64,000 bases of DNA, taken from Styela clava (lineage: Eukaryota). Shown here in pieces: positions 1-19,294 of the stretch. The stretch covers positions 14,198,001 to 14,262,000 of the forward strand of contig NC_135256.1 of the NCBI RefSeq assembly GCF_964204865.1. The letters run 5' to 3'. The notes below the pieces were generated by a model, which saw only the letters and a list, made by a program, of their open reading frames with translations, did not search any database and was not told where the DNA came from. Position 1 is the stretch's first letter. Every line of letters begins with the position of its first letter. A program made the position numbers and the translations under genes.

Positions 1-466
1 ATACGGTTATATATATAATAATGCCATTAAACTAGTTCCGAATTTGTGACCTCCCTAAATGCAATTTTGAATTTCTTGGGCAACAGTTTTATCTATATTA
101 ATGGTTGTTTATCATTTTGCTGATAATCGAACAAAAAATAGATGTTTTATATTTAACTAAATAAGGTATTTAGAGTCTGTGCAATTTTCAACACTGAACA
201 GTTTTCAAAACCCTAATTTTGAAGACCTCTAGATTTGTTGACCAGTTCATGTAGGCATGGGATCTCTTTTTATAACTCTGGAAACCTAGTTATGCAGCAT
301 ATCAGCAGTATTTCAGTTGTAACTGCACAGGTTAACAATTCTTGTTCCTGGAAAAGGGAAGACTGATATTGAAGTCACGGGAAAAGTTACAGAATAACAT
401 TTGTTCAAGCATTATTAACTGGAGTTAGTTAAATAAAAGTCCGACTGCAATGATAATAAATATCAA

Positions 467-763
467 AACGAGAATATCGGTCAGAGACCCAAGACTTATC
501 GATCGAAAGTTAGGGGATCCCCAAAACAGCGCTCTTATTCCATAGTGACACCTTGTGTCCCATCACTAATTAATTAATAACTCGCTAATTATACGACCTA
601 ATTCATTCAAAATCAATAGGCTCCTGGTCCGACATATGATGAATGCACATGCAAAATCTGGAGCAGATTCAATCTCGCTTTCGTGAGATATCGCGTGCAT
701 CTAACAGACAGACATACAGACAAATACCTATCAACATACTTACCGATTAAAATCGATAAGTAA
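467..763 (+). mobile_element. Non-autonomous HINE/DINE-1-like (Helentron-type) element, copy 1
   Basis: Near-identical to 8645-8928 and, in reverse, to 2055-2443. Has a 5' subterminal palindrome ACTTATCGATCGAAAGT (494-510), a CAGA microsatellite and a 3' hairpin ACTTACCGATT-AA-AATCGATAAGT (738-761). Class assignment is by architecture only. Confidence 0.7.
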
Positions 764-1205
764 TGAAACTACAGACTCACGACGAGGTACATCGTAAAAG
801 CCGGTACATCATAAAAGCCCATTTTGTGGCTCGCAACCTGATTTATATTAATATTGGTATCGGTGGTATTGAAAAAACTGATATCGGTCGAGCTCTAATA
901 TTTAGGTTCTTTGGGTAGTCTTGTTGGATTCATCACTGGCTAATAATTGCAAAATTAATAACCTTCCAAAACAACTTCTACACCCAGGTTCACAAAACTA
1001 CCGCGCCTCCACACCCCCTATTGGCAAATAATATATATGCAATGTGATTTCCTTCAATTAGTTTATTTAATCGTTTATAAAATTAGATATAAATCATAAA
1101 TAAGGCACTAATATCTACAGGATAGGACACGAATTGTGGCTTAAACTGTAAGCTTGCCACTATTTTTGGATCACCAGTCAGTTAACCTCTCCGCCGTGCC
1201 TTCAA

Positions 1206-6694
<5,489 letters not shown>

Positions 6695-8644
6695 TCAGTG
6701 AAGTTTTTCGTTATTTGATAATGTCCATACGTTTTCTGGACTTTTTCGTGATAGTTCAAGTGTCGTCTTCAGATGCGACTGCTTTTGGAATAGTTAACGT
6801 TGTTGGAGCAGGCCTACTCTGTACACAATATTGTTTTTTTATCTAGATTTCTATCTCTGCTAGTTCTTCTAAAATATTTCTTTACCAAATCAGCTATATT
6901 CCGAACAACTATAACTAGAGCAGCACAATTTTCGGCATGTTTTATATCTATTCCCTAGCGACAACATCATGCCGCTAGACCGCTATTTTACCGGAAATGT
7001 AAAACGTGTCAGAGCGGGTATCTAATATATATATGAACTGTCTATATAACCGAGAATTACGACGTTGCGAAATCAATACTTTGTCTTTATCTTACTTCAT
7101 AACCTGTGACACAGTACTGATTCCAAATATGCTTATCATTAGCATGCACTTTCGAATTTAGATTTCTAAATGAGAAGTCCTATTTCTTTCCTATAGTATT
7201 CTTCCCGACGAATTTTAATTAAACCGACAAGAGGCCATCAAGTATTTTTGTCTCTTTTTATACGCCATTCCACGACTGACGACTTACGTTACTAAATTGC
7301 CCCGGGGCAGTTATGTATTTTCTCTTTGCAACGTGTGTCTCGTGGAATCCTATGAGTCGGGCGACCTCGAGGCGTGTCACCTGATGATCAACTTATATTA
7401 TGTTATTTTTAAATTAGAGTATAGTTTGTCTCACCGGGTTTAGTAAATCGGATTAGGTAAATACACCAATGTCCAGGGCCGACATCCCGCCCTAGGCTCT
7501 TCAACACTGACCTCCTAAGAATTCATTATGACGTCACAACAGACTTACACACTAAGTAAAACGCATCCTAATAGCATAAATAAATTGTAATACGGAATTT
7601 CAGTTACAGGCAAGATACGTACGCGAATCACCCACGCCATCAAAAAACCGACGTCATGCTACCAGTTTCTAGTCGCGAGGGGTCCCGTTAGAGATAAACA
7701 AAACATTAATGATAAACAGAGAAGCTGGTGAGAAATCAGGCTCCAGTTCCGGAACCACGTATGTAAGAACTCTGACTCCTGCTCCAGTTTCGAAGATTCA
7801 CAACTTTACCTTGACGCTGAGCTCCTGCTCCATATTCATGTTTTTTTAGTATGAATACCTTGAGGCATCAGCCCAAATTTTACAATGAGCCTCTGAAGTT
7901 TTAAATATACAAATTTAACTTCATATTTAATTAAATAAGTTTAAAAAATATAAGCTGAAGAGGATAGTTTTCATGAAAATTCGGTGATTGGGAGTTGGAG
8001 CCACTTAAATTTTTAATAGCTCCGACACTATCTATTATGGTAAGGCTAGAACTAAATCATCCCTAACAATATGTATCGGGCCCATGGCTGAGGCTCTTCT
8101 GACCAATTTTTATTGATGATATAAACGGTCTATGATAAAAATATCCGAAATGTAAAAAATATAATAAATCATTAGATACGTTGTTGCTCAAATAAATCAG
8201 TATAGCTATATATCGGTATTTTCATATTTTTTTTCAAGTAACAAATGCATTGTTACGGTAAAACTGTTCAAATATTTAAATTATCATATTCTGTTTTTAA
8301 TGTCAAATGAGAAAGTGTTTCAAATCTGAAACAGTCATTTATTTGACCGTGTTTAATTCTCATCCTTTTAATCGGTGAATGATTGAGACAAGAATTATGA
8401 ACCAGATCAAGAAAATATCAGTTTTATAAAATTTTCTCAAAAGTCTTATTCGGAAATTTTGCGATTGAAAAACAACCAAAAAAAGGAATAATAGTTTAAA
8501 CTTGAAAACCGAGTTCCTCAAGCCGCTTAAGGCACCTAGGCTTCATCCTATCTCGCCTATTGGTAAATCCGACCTTGTCGTTATCGCTCTGTTTTCAACG
8601 TCACGTAATAACATAAGGACAGAAATAGTTACCAATAATATAAT

Positions 8645-8928
8645 ACGAGAGAGACCGAAGACTTATCGATCGTAAGTTAGGGGATCCCCCAAACCAGCGC
8701 TCTTACTCCATAGTGATACCTTGTGTCCGATTACTAATTAATTAATAACTCGCTAATTATACGACATAATTCATCCAAAATCAATAGGCTTCTGGTCCAA
8801 CATATGATGAATGCACATGTAAAATCTGGAGCAGATTCAATCTCGCTTTCGTGAGATATCGCGTGCATCTAACAGACAGACAGACAAATACCTATCAACA
8901 TACTTACCGATTAAAATCGATAAGTAAT
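8645..8928 (+). mobile_element. HINE/DINE-1-like element, copy 3
   Basis: Colinear, high-identity match to 467-763, including the subterminal palindrome, CAGA repeat and 3' hairpin. Confidence 0.7.
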
Positions 8929-9672
8929 AAAGGCCAAATGCACCAAATGGGAAGGTATGGGTGGTTTCGTTTTCGGTAAATATTTACTTTTGTTTGCTTG
9001 CCTATTGTTTCACTACACTGATAGGTAATAAAATGTTGGTATCGTCGCGTTGTAAGTCAAATCAAATATACAGCTTATTAGCAATTCAGAAAATATGAGG
9101 CTCCCTATATATATAACCCCATATATTAATACTTCATATGCTCTTGACTGCAAACTGTATTCATATGGATAACAAATAGACAAACGCATAAAATGGACCT
9201 ATATGGATCGTTTTATTATTATGTTCTTCTTGGTATTTTTATCGTTATGAAAAAATCGTTTTTCTCTTCAACTACACGACTAATTGCTTTGAAATTTTCA
9301 GTATGATTAAAGATTATATTTTCTCGCTAGAAAGCTATTACTTTTTTGTGTCCATATATTTGAGCATAGCTTTCTTGTTCATATGATAATACCTCATGAC
9401 ATACATCTCAATTGCTATCGGGGGAATTAGCCAGATCCAACGTTTTGGCGTAGCAATTGCCGTCATACTATGATCACGATTCAATGAACAATTCAATGAA
9501 TTGAACATTCTGTCTGATTGACACACAAAATTATACTCCGTTACGAAAGGTCTAGTTACAAATGGCGCAATACACCGCGTGGCCAAATCAAGTCGTGCAC
9601 TGAAATTGCTGAAATGTAATCCTTGAAAATAATATATATCGTTGTAATAGTCTTTCCAATTGATTCGCAAAA

Positions 9673-9678
9673 TTTATT
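9673..9678 (-). terminator. Candidate polyadenylation signal of the MAp44-like gene
   Basis: AATAAA on the minus strand about 150 nt downstream of the TAG at 9830-9832. Confidence 0.5.
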
Positions 9679-9829
9679 TCGGTGAGAATAAAGTACAGAA
9701 CTCATCAATTAAATGCAATGAATGCTGATTAAATGAAAGTCATTCTAATACAATAGTTGTTTGTACAATAGTTGTAGCCGATGTTATGTATACTGAATCA
9801 TGAAATGCAGAATGGTCCCATAATGGTCA

Positions 9830-12800
9830 CTATTTGTGTGGGATGCAGGTAGGAATATCGTCGTCAAAGGTTCCATCTTTCAGACATGTGACTTTATGAA
9901 CGCCTAACATTTCGTAGTTATTTTCACATTCAAAAACAACCACAGAATCAAACGGTAGGCGTCCGTTTTCCGCTCCAAATGTTTCCACAACCCGCCCATG
10001 TTCTGGTTCAACAGGAAGATCACAGTAGATACCTTCAATAAAAATTGTAAAAAGAATTATTCTTTCTCGTTCTATGTAGAAATATTTCCTTTCTAAGTTA
10101 CAAAAATTATATTGAGCACGAAACGACCATTTGAAGTGATATTGCATCAAGTTTAAGTGATGCCTTTGGAATATTCCTATACTCTATGCCAGGGGTCGGG
10201 AACCCATGTCTCGCGAGCCATATATAGCTCATTTAGTGAGAGCCTATGGTTCCCAGAAAAATCTAATATTCCAAGGTCAAGCTTACTATTGTTACGAGAT
10301 TTCAAACTCTTTTATAGCAAAATTTGGCAGGAAATTTGCCAATACGTTTAAAAACACGCGCCCAGCGCACGTCTCTGTTATGTGGGAGAATTACCAGATA
10401 GGCATTGTGACACAACTAGGGGATTCTGGAACATATTTTGTGACATAACAAAGCGATAGAGTAGTGGAGCAATAGAGAAAAGCTTTTCGTCCGTTTGTAC
10501 GTACTGGTTACTCAACTATTTTCACTAAAGGGCTGTACACAAAACTTAAAAATTACCGGGGTCCGGTCATTCCAAAAATATATTTTGGCTATGCAAACAA
10601 AATTTCAAATGTATCGTTTGACGAAATACGCTACGAGAGCAATACTCATATCGCGATTCGATGTCAGTATGACTGGGCTTCACTTGTGTAGCTGAGCGCC
10701 GACTTTGCTGAAAAGATATGAAATATTCGTCCCCATAGCACCCGTAATAATATATATATTCAAGACTGAAAATTTAGAACACATTAGTTGCGGAAAATAA
10801 CTATTTTTTATTAGGAAAAACCACAACGTCACAAAAATGTTAGCAAAACGATGCGGTCGCTAAAAGTTCAGTTTTTACGCCCCATTCACATCTTTCTGAT
10901 TAGTTAATGCTAAGGAGGTAAACAAGTGAGTCGATGCTCTGAAAAATGATATTGCTATGACAATTTTTTCTTCCTCAGTGGATTAGCAGAAAACGCATTA
11001 CATTACGATTTCGAAAGGAAAAGAAACGATGTATTCGAAGTCGAGAAGCAGCTGCGGTCCAAATTTAATTCTCGGAAGGTCCGGATTCGGACCGCGGTCC
11101 GCCAGTTGAGTAGCCGTGGGTTACAGTATTTGTCATATTTATATCAGACTAGCAAAGCTAGTTTTTAAAATACTACGGAGATGCCTGAACGAAAGAAGGG
11201 AGATAAGTATTGTAGATTTCAACTTGTGCTGCATGTGAGCAGCCGTTTAAGGCCCGCAGTGACAACATGCAGCGTCAGAAGTCACATTAAATGTATATTG
11301 ACATTGTATATGTGTTGACCTTTGAGTAAAAATTTCAGGCCTGATTAAGTGAAGAAACTCTATATGGCTCGCACGGAAATGCAATTGAAAATATGTATTT
11401 TTCATGGCTCTCTTGACCAAAGAGGTTTCCGACCCCTGCTCTATGCCTTATATTCTATTTAGTCTATGACGTAATAAAGTCAGCACATCCTGTTATCAAG
11501 TCTAGCCCGCCTCATAGAACATTCGAGAAATAGTCGACGTGGGAGACGCTTGTGTTGGAATTCAATTTACTTTCCTCTAAGTCTAATACATATTGTGTGA
11601 GCAATTGAAGTCTTTGTTACTTATAATTCAATATCAGATTTATTCTTGATGTGTCTTTTGCATTAAAGGAGGTAAGACAAAAACTATGGATGCATAGTTT
11701 TGCTTTATTTCTAATCGTTGCGAAATTTGAACCTACGTCGGTATCCAGAGTGAATTGCCGCCGAGTCCAGTATATTCTCCGTTATTGCATTATTACACTG
11801 ATTTTTAATTGGCCCGTGAGTTATGTTTCATGAATTTTCTTGACTTTATTTACACAAAGCGTCTCTCTCATATCTCAAATAATCTGTTAAAACGCTATGC
11901 ATTTGGTGTAGGTTGGCGATAAAGCGACGCGATGAGAGTGTAAGCAAAAATTTTTTTTAATTTTTGAAATTATCATTCCGACAGCGTGTGTATCTGTCAA
12001 AAGGCACCATTTGCCGATGAAAACAGTATTTTGATAAAAAATAAAAATGTTACTAAAAAGATTAATTTAAAACAAGTTCTTTTTTAAAAACTGGCCGTTT
12101 TTTAGAAATAAAAAAAAACATACGTGTGTGAACGCCCCGCCCCGTACTTGACGAATTTAACTCTGAAACAATTCATTTTTTCTCAGGGCAAGTCGTGAGA
12201 AAGTACTAACACCAACCGATTTTAATACCGACTTCCCACCTGCTCGCAGACCTTTTTCAAGTTTTGTTGAAAATTTCGACTCCGGTCACAGATTTTTAGA
12301 CTAAAACCCCGGACGAGGTGAAATTAAAAATAGGACTCCGGTTACGAATCCGCAGCCTATACTATTGATATTTTCATTTGAAATTTATTATAATATATAC
12401 AAATGCCTCCTCTCTCAATTTCAATAAAATATATTCGAGCATATTACCTCTGCTTGCGTACGTAAGTTTAAATCCTTTCATCTCAGTGACCTTATCCGAA
12501 TGAAATTGTATTTTGACAATGTTTCCTGTAGACACAATTGAATTTGGTGCTGTCGGTCCACAATGTCCATTTGATAACCCCGATCCGACATCAACCTGAC
12601 AAAAATGTAAAAGAAATCTATCAGTCCAATTAATCAGTAATTTATTTTATCACCAATGCCTAAAATACGTAACGTCATATTAAATGTAGAATGAAATGAG
12701 AATAGCATTTCAGGGTGCAGTAAGAGGCGAAAAAGTCAATACTGGTTATCGAGCAGATACATCCTATAGTACATGAAAAAAATAAATACAAACAGGAAAC

Positions 12801-15800
12801 ATGAATTAAATATACGTATAGATACAAAATATTCACACAAATATATTTATACACTAGATACGTTTGAGTATTCGGAAGCGGTCTGGTAAATCCAGAGACG
12901 CTCGTTTATGTAAAAGAGTGACTCCAAGCACCATCAAGCGAGGTAACCACAGGAACGACTCAGTTGAGACACTGGCAACAGATTTGTGCCTAATGTAGAA
13001 TTAATATATTTATTTATTCGTTAAGAAGAGATCATAAAACATGAATCTGGTATTGTGGCTTGGTGATTGAGTCAATGCTGAGTAATTGTATTGTTGATAT
13101 AAATGAGGGATTTGACATTAGAAGCAATATCCGGTTTAGTTAGGACGTAATTTTCTAAAACCTGGTACTTCAGACCCTGAGTTACCGAAAAAATTGTGAC
13201 TCCGTGATTGTGATTATAAAGAAATGGAATAGGAACATAAGAATGAAACTGCTCTCTGATATCCTGCACAAAACAGGCTCACAGATCTATCGTCAAACTA
13301 CGAACCTCTGTCGAACTTTGACCTACAGCCTACAGGTAGCAAATGAGAATCAGGTCATGAGGAGTAGGTATATCTGTGATAGCGTTAAGTATCATTCCGA
13401 ACAATTCCGCAATTTTTTTTATAAATAAAAGATCGTTTTGTCGTTCCCGCAAGCTAAAGCCGTTAAGCCTCCGTTACCTCATTCCACCGATATAAACATG
13501 AATCGCCAGTCAAAAACATTCCGGTATGGCTAACCAAATATCGAATCATGCGAGTGAATTACAAGATAAAAGTAAACATTGAAAAAACTACTATCCCGTT
13601 TAGTGAAGAGAATTTGCTGGTAGCGCATGGTAGGAGTTTCTTACTCTATAATAACAAAAATTATCATACCTTGATCCAGTCATAAGGGCAGACTATCGCG
13701 TTGTAATCTTCAATGTCATACTCTTCATCGAAAGATAATTCGATGACTTGGCCGACCTCCGTCTAAACAAATTTATAGTAATATTGATAAAAAAGTTTTT
13801 ATGATAATGGACACGCTTTCTGTTTTTATTAAAGATTTTCTCTGTCACGAAAAAAATTTGATACAAGTATTCGTCCTTTTTCTGAGCCAACTCGAAATTT
13901 TGGTCAATGCCGGAATTCCCCACTGCCTGGCAGTGTTTTGGTAAAGTAATGAAGAAAGAAAACAAGTCACGGGGCTTTTGTGATTGCCTTAAAAACATTA
14001 TCGTTTTGTTACATTATCGGAAAATTTAGGAGTAGCGTTTATGATATTAAAGTTAATATTGTGACTATAGAAACCTAAGGCCCACATATTGAAAAGGCGT
14101 CCTATGTCATTCAGTATAGAAAAAAAACTTTTTTACCACTCGATATTCGCCGAAAATTTCGTAAATTGGGACTCTGGTAAACAGTTTAGTGCAAACCAAT
14201 AAAATCTTGTAAGATTCCAGCAACGATAACGAACCTCAATAGTCCAGTCACAATCAGTCAACTTCGGATAAGCGTCCGGATAACCAGGGCTTGTAATTAC
14301 ACCGGAAGAACTGCTGAGTCGAATTCCAGAACACTTTCCTGTTAACGATTGAAGAATTCGTGAATATCACATACAAAATCGTGTAAAAATAATGATAAAT
14401 GAATATGCATGCTAATCTGGGACTTGTATAGTCTTTGTTTACGCACTACACAGCCTAAATGAAATAACTGTTAAAATTCATAGTGATTACCTCGGTGTTT
14501 TAGGCATACAAGTACAACGTGTAGATGAAGACTATTCATTAAAGATTTCTTACAATAATATCACGGACATTTTAGTATTTGACTTGATGCAAAGTATTTT
14601 TCTCTGCATTGATAATGGAACAATACTGCAAAATATTATTTTAAGGGACAAGACTCGTAATTACATATTTCACGTACCCACACAAGTGTATCCGTCTTCA
14701 TGAAGTTCGTAACCATCCTTGCAGTTGCAGGTATATCCACCCATGTAGTTGATGCAATGATGATCACATTTCCCTATTTCCTCTGGAAACTCTGATTCAT
14801 CGTATTCTACTTCGAGTTCTTGGCATTCATCTCGATCTATAACATAAGGCCAAATAATAAACAAAATTTCAAGGTCAGTTTTATTGTAAGGCACGGCTTA
14901 TACTTTATCTCGACCGCCTATAGGCCTGGAACAGTATATATATTCACTGTTTAGTATGTATTTTGAAATCTACGCCGACAAAATAGCAAAGGTATCAGCG
15001 GCGAAAGTCGATGTGGACAAAAGATTATCCCAATCACAAAACAAAGTCAAATCACAAATTCGACAATTCTGCGCTAATAAATGGGATCAACATTTTATAC
15101 ACAGTGACCAAGCGTTTCATTACAAGACAATTTTCCCCTCAATTGAAGACAGCATCAAGAATTCCACTTGGTCGCCACGAATAATGGACAAAATTTTATT
15201 TCGACTTCAGACGGGACATTGCCGTTTAAATGGGCACCTCCATAAAATAGGATGCCATAATAATGGACTTTGCGATTTTTGTAATGATCCAGAGACAGTA
15301 GAACATTTTCTAATGAACTGTCGTGCATATAGAAATGAAAGACGCATACTAAAGATGAAATAACGCGATTATGGCATTAAATTTCAACTCAAAGCTATCT
15401 TACGCGACCCTAGCATTTTCCCTGCTCTTGTTGATTTTGTGAAATCTACCAAGAGAGTACTATAGGCATATACAAAATTTTGATTTAAATTGTCTGGCGC
15501 AAAAGACTCAAATTGTTTAAAGCGCCATATATTACCATACCACACACACACACACGGGTATTCTAACCCGGTATGTTATAGATTAAACAGTAACCTGCAA
15601 TAAATACTTATTAATGATCCAATTGGACTAAAATATATATATATATGAATGATTTCCAACCATGATGGATTATTCACTATTACTCGTAATCATCTATCAA
15701 AGAGAACACCGATCGAGTGAGTGCAAACTCTTAGTAATGCATAGCGTAAAATACTTCCCGCATATAATGCGTAAGTTCCAATATAAAGGGTGTCCAAAAA

Positions 15801-17371
15801 AACATCGATTTTATAGTAATAACAATTGAGAATTTTTTGTCTTTGTTTATAGATAGTTCTATTTATATACGGTATAATTTTTGAATGTGTTAATGCTCCA
15901 CGCGGAGTTTTTAATGTTGCTTATGTCAGTTTCAGAATTAAACTAAATATCACGATCGTGAGTCATTAGAAGCGAACAATTTTACAACATTGCCCTATTT
16001 TTTACAGACCTTCTGCTTTGTATACAGCCCGGAATCCCATTAACGGAGATATATCAGGCAGATTGTTGGAATAATCTGTTTCAAATTTTAAAGTCATCAC
16101 ATTTCCGGTAGTTGTGAACACGGTTGAATATAAAGCAGGAGCATCGTCGGGGTAGTAAGTTGGATTTCCGCACAGTCTTTTGCTTGTTATATTCGAATCC
16201 AATTCGCCGTCAAATATCTGAATAAAAAAAAAAACGATTTGCCCGAATACAAAAATAAGCCGCCAATAAAAAAATGTAACATCGCAGATTTATTAATGTG
16301 CGAGTCGCCACTAAACACTCGATTGTACACTTAAAAGATTATATATACTTACTAGGCTAACCATTTAAAATACACTTTGAATTGGGTGTTTTGGGCTATA
16401 GTCGTGGTCGAATACGTCAGATGACATGATTATTTACGTATAATTGGTTGGAAAAACCCGTATTGGTCGTATCGCTCCCTCCTGTCCATACCAAAACAAT
16501 TTTATTGCTGTTGCTATTTTATTGATGACTGTATTTTTTGGTTGACGAAATAGTAAAATCTCTCTCTCTCTCTCGCTAGTGATCAAGAAACTTTCAAGTG
16601 AAAGGACAGCACTGGAGTGGCGAACCATACGCTAATGAACACTTTTCCCAGCCCGCTAAAACTAGTATTTTATTATGATATGATTAATCGATTATATAGA
16701 TCAGCAGTAAATTCTTCAGATTACATAAGAGTAACTGCGGCATTTTGCCTCACATACATCCTATCATAAAATGGCTTTGATTGAATGAGAGGTGTTTCTA
16801 TGTAGAGACTGTTTGTAGTAAACTCAGTCACCATTTCTTTTACATCCAAAGTAAAAAATACACGAGATAAATAAAACTTTCACCTGTACATGGTCAAAAG
16901 GGCATAGAGTATCCTGACTATATGAGTCTTCAATATCAAACGCAGTGAAAATCAAGGCCACTTTTAATCCTTTTGACACTGTGATCGTCCAGGTTTGATT
17001 CAAATTATTGTCATAATATGAGGGAAAATGGTTGCTAGAGAACACGCCATATGTTCCATGTAAGTTGAATGGATCACACAGGCCAGACTTTACGAACGAT
17101 AATAATACAACCAGTAGAATATATCTAAAAACAATGACATTTTTCTGTTCGTTCTGAGCTGTGCATTTTTCAGCACAGGATGAATATATATATACATAGA
17201 TATTTCCGGCTAACCTACTGTTCATTGCAAAATAATGAAAAGAATTTCCAACAATTCGTAAGTAACCTGCATATATAAATATATAGACTAGTGACTGCTT
17301 GCAATTTGAAAAACTATTATTTTGTTATACACACTTATCACTATTATTGGTTCTACTTACTTGGACAGCAT
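9830..17371 (-). CDS. Secreted MASP/C1r/C1s-family protein, signal peptide-CUB1-EGF(Ca)-CUB2-CCP1-stop (MAp44-like, no serine protease domain), 8 exons, 388 aa
   Basis: Exons (minus) 17371-17361, 17124-16884, 16217-16010, 14836-14678, 14338-14235, 13762-13670, 12595-12448, 10032-9830; GT-AG, phases consistent, 1167 nt. Signal MLSKYILLVVLLSFVKSGLC; CUB1 (FDIEDSY..CPFDHVQ..LCG..FETDYSN..GFRAVY); EGF DRDEC..CDHHCINYMGGYTCNCKDGYELHEDGYTC; CUB2 (SGVITSPGYPDAYPKLTDCDWTI..CPYDWIK..FHSD..GFKLTY); CCP (CDLPVEPEHG..FECENNY..VTCLKDGTFDDDIPTC), then IPHK-TAG-TGA. Confidence 0.9.
10190..11438. mobile_element. Non-autonomous hAT (Buster/Charlie-like) element, probably with a nested second hAT (~10504-11118)
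   Basis: TIRs CAGGGGTCGGGAACC / GGTTTCCGACCCCTG; perfect 8-bp TSD CTCTATGC at 10182-10189 and 11439-11446. An internal pair GGTTACTCAACT (~10506) / AGTTGAGTAGCC (~11104) suggests a nested element. Confidence 0.88.
14956..15555 (+). mobile_element. 5'-truncated non-LTR retrotransposon (LINE) 3' end, disrupted ORF2 C-terminus
   Basis: ORF encodes ADKIAK (RNase H C-terminal-like) and LFRLQTGHCRLNGHLHKIG..CDFCNDPETVEHFLMNC (CCHC zinc finger typical of I/R1-group LINEs). The frame continues after TAA at 15361 as RDYGIKFQLKAILRDPSIFPALVDFVKSTKRVL*, so the stop looks premature. Ends in a TACCA/(CA)n tail. Lies antisense in intron 3 of the MAp44-like gene. Confidence 0.85.
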
Positions 17372-18609
17372 AGTTCCCTGTCTTCATTTGAAAGTCGTAT
17401 GAAGGAATAACATGGTTGAAACGAACTCACTGAATAACATTTGTTGTTATTTGTTTTGCTCTCGTAGTTAGTACTGGGAATTGGGTCAGTATTAATCCTG
17501 TTAAATTTACGTGTAAGACCAAACTCGAATTAACATGATATCGACTGTCGTGGAACCAGTACATATGTAAGTTATTTCAGTTAGGAATATGGATGGATTA
17601 CAAACATGCAATAAACGCACGCTGGTTTATACCCACGGGGATTGCGTATTGAAATGGTGATTCATAGACTCAATTTTCGGTTTCGTATTGGTTTTGATTT
17701 GTCTATATCAGTTGAAAAATAATATTATATATATCACTATGTAATAATTTCCGAAAACATGTAAGCAGTCAATTCGGAGAGTTCGTCAACATCTACTTTT
17801 ACCAGGAAAGTATCGGGAATTTGCACTAGTCCCAAGAATATTGTTTCGCATTGCTCCATTATCTGTACTAAATTGCGCCAAGTGTTGTTTATCTTGCTGG
17901 ATAAAAGAGAAACCAATACCACACCGTAAACGATTACAACTCATCTTTTATCTTACTGAAACAATTTTATTTAATTAATGTAAATAAAATGGAACACACC
18001 AAAGCATCACAGTGTAAAGTGAAAAGAATTCCAAAGAAATCGGCCGACTTGGTTGGTGACAAGTCATCATTACCCAAATCGAAATGGACTCTTGCTTTAA
18101 AAAAGGCATTTCAGTTAAGTCGAGTTTGAACTCTCTTATCGAGTCACGTGTGCTAAAACCATAAAATAGGTACGATCTGGGCTAGTGGATCACGATTACC
18201 TAATTCGGTTGGCTCAAGTTATATTTCTTGAGTTTCCTGTTTAATCAAATTTTCAATAATTTAATATTTTATTGATGAAATTTAGTAGGTAAACTCCAAT
18301 TGAATCTTTTAAATTAAAAAAAACGTAGCGTCGTAACTTACAATTGGCCAAAAGTAGACTGGAGCATCTTGTTCAATAATGTATGTCGCTCTTGAAATCA
18401 TCTGTAGACAATTACAACAATAATGAAATCCGATTGGAATTCAGGTTCAAATTTTTTAATTTAAAAAATAGGAAAGAACGAGTCCTGTTTATAGTCTCGA
18501 ATGCTATACTAACGCCAACAATTACATAGACTCAACTATCTTATGTGTAAGATTTTTTCTTGTCTTCCGAACTCATATCCACCGATACCGATAAATTGAC
18601 ACTCCGGAT

Positions 18610-18983
18610 CAGGGGTGGTCAATTTTTTTTCTGAGTTGGCCAGTTACAGATGATAGACTTGGTTACTGGGCCGGATGCTTAAAACTCCGTATGAATCTAT
18701 GAATAAAAACAGTTCTTTTACAAAAAAAAAAATAGCGCAACAGCTAATTTATAACAAACAGCTAGTGTACCAAGTGCCACATTACTATGACACATTCAGG
18801 TGCAGAATAAACTGTCGGGAATTACCGTCTATATTTTAACCGACGATTTGTTATTTTTATCAAAAATTTCAACGCAAATTTATATCCATAAAAACTATAG
18901 TCGTAATTTCTACAGCCACAAGTAGGCCGGTTGACCCAACCACTTCGCTGGGTCGGATCCGGTCCGCAATTTGCCCACTCCTG
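18610..18983. mobile_element. hAT-type MITE
   Basis: TIRs CAGGGGTGGTCAA / TTGCCCACTCCTG; degraded 8-bp TSD CTCCGGAT / CTCTGAAA. Confidence 0.7.
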
Positions 18984-19193
18984 CTCTGAAATAAGTGTAT
19001 TTATAAATTGAAAAATTCTACAAATTACGGTATTCGTATTAGTATTCATTTACGGGTATACAAAATATTTAAAGTAGAAATATATTTGAGCGTTTTCCCT
19101 GGTTTGGGTAAATATGAATATTTACGTCCACAGTTGAAAAAAACAACGTGATAACAAATCTATCCATATGTACATTTCGTGTCCAACAAAACG

Positions 19194-19224
<31 letters not shown>

Positions 19225-19294
19225 ACCAAAATCGATCCATAGGTCTACCAAGTTCACACACACACACCTATGAAGCAATGATGCGTGTACAGAC

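Noticed and set aside
9338-9670. 110-aa ORF downstream of the MAp44-like gene, and the many other 60-130-aa ORFs in introns and spacers
   Set aside because: No recognisable domains or consistent splice context; such ORFs are expected by chance in six frames, many with non-ATG starts.
6700-9800. Missing CCP2 and serine-protease exons of a full MASP
   Set aside because: No trypsin motifs (IIGG/IVGG, TAAHC, GDSGGP) or CCP cysteine pattern seen on the minus strand; the region is repeats and spacer. Very diverged small exons cannot be fully excluded by eye.
12860-13560. Possible decayed retroelement or nested gene in MAp44-like intron 6
   Set aside because: Composition looks slightly coding-like, but the ORFs are short and I recognise no domain.
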